Assembly (NCBI GenBank): GCA_046538485.1
Contig: JBKHIT010000019.1
Coordinates: 11,116-75,115, forward strand
DNA length: 64,000 bases
Reading direction: 5' to 3'
Origin: Candidatus Brocadiia bacterium
Lineage (GTDB): Bacteria; Planctomycetota; Brocadiia; SM23-32
Shown here: one piece after another, positions 61,510-64,000 of the stretch
Layout: each line of letters opens with the position of its first letter
Position numbering within the stretch: position 1 is the stretch's first letter
Notes under the pieces: generated by a model
Told to the model about the DNA's origin: nothing
The model's database searches: none
The model's input: the letters and a program-made list of their open reading frames with translations, nothing else
Position numbers and translations under genes: made by a program

Positions 61510-64000
61510 TCAGTCCACGATCTCCATCACGAGTTCTTCGCTATTGGCCTTCAGTTCGGGCACATACATGCCGTAGAGTTTGGCCGGGAGGGCGTGGAAG
61601 ACGCCGGGGATTTCGGCCCGCAGGCGGTACCGGAGCAGATGGTCGCCCTGTTCGATGGAGTTCATAAAGAAGGTGACTTTTTCGTCGCGAAGCTCCATGT
61701 AGGTGTAGAACCCTTCCTGCCGTTTCCCGCCGCTGCGCAGGCGCAGGGGTTCACACCCGGCCGGTTTCATATCCTCGAAACAGAGGTAAGTGTAGTTGTT
61801 ATCCGCGCTGACCTCCAATTCCACCTGAATTGTCTCACCGCTTTCGATCCGATCGCCATCATCGAGGGGAACGCGCTTGTAGCGGAGCCGTTTTTCCATA
61901 ATTTTTTGTCCTTCTGCTCCTTCCACCTCGACTTCATAGGGGATTTGCTGGAGTTTGAAGTAGCGGCGTTTTACTTTGAGGTGATGGCCGGCGGCCCCGA
62001 TATGTTCTTCTTTGGTGAAATACCGCAGATAGCTGTTGTAGTAAAGGGCACCCGGTCCCTCTTTGGTGATTTTAAGGGTGTGTTTTCCGCCGCCGAGAGT
62101 GACGCCCTCAACCACCATTTTGTTGTCGTAGGTGAAGAAATTGTCTTTATTAATTTTCACCTTTTTCGTGACGGCGCCGTTGTCGAGGTCCAGAGTGAGC
62201 GTGTAGTCGGGCTGTCCCTCGCCGCTGGCAACGACGAAATCGCTCATAGCAGCGACGCAGAGGGTGGTGTCGCGCGTCGATCGCCAGTAGTAGCCGTTGC
62301 GGCGGTTTTCGAGGAGCCATTTGACGAGTTTGGGTGCATCATCGCTCTTTGGTTGGAGGCGGATGATGGCACGGAGGATCCAGGCATTGGTTTCGATATC
62401 GTTGTTCCACCAATACCACCAGCCACGGTCGGGCGTGCGGAACCAGACCATCTCAGTATCTTTGTTTTCCTCCCTGTATTGCATGATGTTTTGCAGCACA
62501 GTTTCCGCCCGCTTCGTATCGTCCAGGTTGGCGAGGGCCATTGACAGCAGGGCTTTTCCGTAGAGATTGAGTTTGTCGCGGCCTTTGTAGAGGCGGTCCA
62601 GACCGTCACCGGGTCGGTCGTCTTTCTTCCCGGGTTTGATTTTGGGCCGCATCTTTTTCTGTGAGAGCACGTAGCAGGCGAACGCGTGGCGGGCGTGCGG
62701 GCTCCACCAGTTTTTCCGCATTTCTCCCTCTTCCCACCGTTTCAGGAATTGGAGACCCCGGCGCAGCATATTCTGGTCCACTTTGACATCCGCCTTCTGC
62801 GCTTCCAGCAGGGAATAGGTGACGTAGCTGGTGAGGTAACCGCTGGAATCACCGCGTTTCCACCAGGCCCATCCGCCGTCGCCGTGTTGCATGTCGGCGA
62901 TGCGCTTGAGACCTTTTTTGATGATTTTGTTCATTTTCTTGGAATTGAAGACGGGGTTCTCGGCGTAGGAACCGTATATTTTGATATTTTCTCCCTCTTC
63001 AATGCGGCGAATTTCGTCCATCCGGCCGCGAGCCTTCCTGACCTCCTCGAGGTTGATACCCATATTCTGGAGCGTTTTCAGTGTCAGAACGGCCGGAAGG
63101 AAACGGCTCATGGTCTGCTCGGTGCAGCCGTAGGGGTAGTCGAGACAGTAGGGCAGGGCGTCGAGCATAGCGCCGACCAGGCTCGGGGCATACTGGATCT
63201 CCAGATGCGTGAGTTCCGGACGGCGTTTCTCCGGCACATCGAGGGTGATTGTGTGGGTGGCCTGTTTTTCATGCGGGCGCATGGAACCGGTCTTTGCGAC
63301 CTGTTTTGTCATTCCGTGGACGAGCACCGGGAAGGTCATCTGCATGGCATCCGACTCTTCGTCGGTGAGAGCTTTGACGGTGATTTTCGCTGTGCCCTCT
63401 TTGAGTACTTTCACGCGCCAGTCGACCCGCTTTTCGCCGTCAGCGGGGACCTCGATGGTTCGCTCGACCCTGGAACCTTCCATAATTTTCAGGAGTTTTT
63501 CGGGTACATTGAGGCTGACTCGAGCCGTTTTGTCCTCGCCCAGGTAATTATGGACGTTGGCGCTGAGGACCACTTCGTCGTATTCCAAGAAGAAGCGGGG
63601 TGCCTGAAGCCGGACGATCAGGTTTTTGGTGGTGATGGCCTGAGTGGAGGCCTGTCCGACACGTGTCTTTTGGGTCATGGCCCAGCTATTGATCTTCCAG
63701 GTGGTGAGATTCTCCGGCATGTCCACCGTGACGGACGCTTTTCCGTCCTGGCCGGTCTGCACGTCGGTGAGCCAGATGGCGGTGTCGGAGAATTGTTTAC
63801 GCACTTCAGCTTCAGCGAATTGCTGGCCGGATCCACCGCCGCCCGACCTGTCTTCGGCTTCTCCTTTTTTCCTTGCCTTCTCAATGCCAGCCGGGGCAGG
63901 GGCGGCGCTGTCGGCCGCGGCTTCCATTGCCAGAGCGCCTCCGGCCTTCTGGGTCCTTGCGCGACCCAATTTTCTCCCGGCTACGTTTCTTCCGGCGGTT
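61510..64000 (-). CDS. alpha-2-macroglobulin family protein with thioester motif; N-terminus outside the window
   Basis: LDYPYGCTEQTMSRFLP (CTEQ at 63115-63126), bait/MG-domain-like repeats, and an A2M receptor-binding-like C-terminus. The reading frame stays open to position 64000. Confidence 0.9.
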   Translation of the reverse strand, partial: TAGRNVAGRKLGRARTQKAGGALAMEAAADSAAPAPAGIEKARKKGEAEDRSGGGGSGQQFAEAEVRKQFSDTAIWLTDVQTGQDGKASVTVDMPENLTTWKINSWAMTQKTRVGQASTQAITTKNLIVRLQAPRFFLEYDEVVLSANVHNYLGEDKTARVSLNVPEKLLKIMEGSRVERTIEVPADGEKRVDWRVKVLKEGTAKITVKALTDEESDAMQMTFPVLVHGMTKQVAKTGSMRPHEKQATHTITLDVPEKRRPELTHLEIQYAPSLVGAMLDALPYCLDYPYGCTEQTMSRFLPAVLTLKTLQNMGINLEEVRKARGRMDEIRRIEEGENIKIYGSYAENPVFNSKKMNKIIKKGLKRIADMQHGDGGWAWWKRGDSSGYLTSYVTYSLLEAQKADVKVDQNMLRRGLQFLKRWEEGEMRKNWWSPHARHAFACYVLSQKKMRPKIKPGKKDDRPGDGLDRLYKGRDKLNLYGKALLSMALANLDDTKRAETVLQNIMQYREENKDTEMVWFRTPDRGWWYWWNNDIETNAWILRAIIRLQPKSDDAPKLVKWLLENRRNGYYWRSTRDTTLCVAAMSDFVVASGEGQPDYTLTLDLDNGAVTKKVKINKDNFFTYDNKMVVEGVTLGGGKHTLKITKEGPGALYYNSYLRYFTKEEHIGAAGHHLKVKRRYFKLQQIPYEVEVEGAEGQKIMEKRLRYKRVPLDDGDRIESGETIQVELEVSADNNYTYLCFEDMKPAGCEPLRLRSGGKRQEGFYTYMELRDEKVTFFMNSIEQGDHLLRYRLRAEIPGVFHALPAKLYGMYVPELKANSEELVMEIVD

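Overview
This 64 kb window appears to be chromosomal, with about 50 protein genes, two tRNAs, and no rRNA, CRISPR array, transposase or integrase that I can see. The first half is mostly housekeeping. It holds a divergent chorismate synthase, a metG-thpR-SGNH operon, folC, and the conserved minus-strand block infC-rpmI-rplT-pheS-pheT-tyrA-purSL. Interspersed are a degenerate GGDEF protein and a 1370-aa membrane Ser/Thr kinase with a long acidic repeat tail. The second half (about 33-64 kb) looks accessory. It holds five intact sulfatases and one sulfatase remnant, a heparinase II/III-like protein, a NagB-LmbE fusion, and URO-D-like genes. It also holds a protease/protease-inhibitor set: two tandem serpins, a thioester (CTEQ) alpha-2-macroglobulin, a caspase-fold lipoprotein and a transglutaminase-like protein. 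The gene content suggests a sulfated-glycan degrader of the PVC group (Planctomycetota, Verrucomicrobiota, Kiritimatiellota or Lentisphaerota); this is inference only. The observations most worth follow-up are: (1) a 100-150 nt intergenic repeat family at five loci with conserved potential pairing; (2) the kinase with four near-identical 123-bp in-frame repeats; (3) the serpin/A2M cluster; (4) at least three decayed genes (frameshift, truncation, poly-G slip); and (5) two gaps of about 0.7-0.8 kb with no convincing CDS. ORF-track starts include TTG and GTG, so I re-picked several starts using ATG plus Shine-Dalgarno context. All functional calls come from motif recognition by eye, not from searches.
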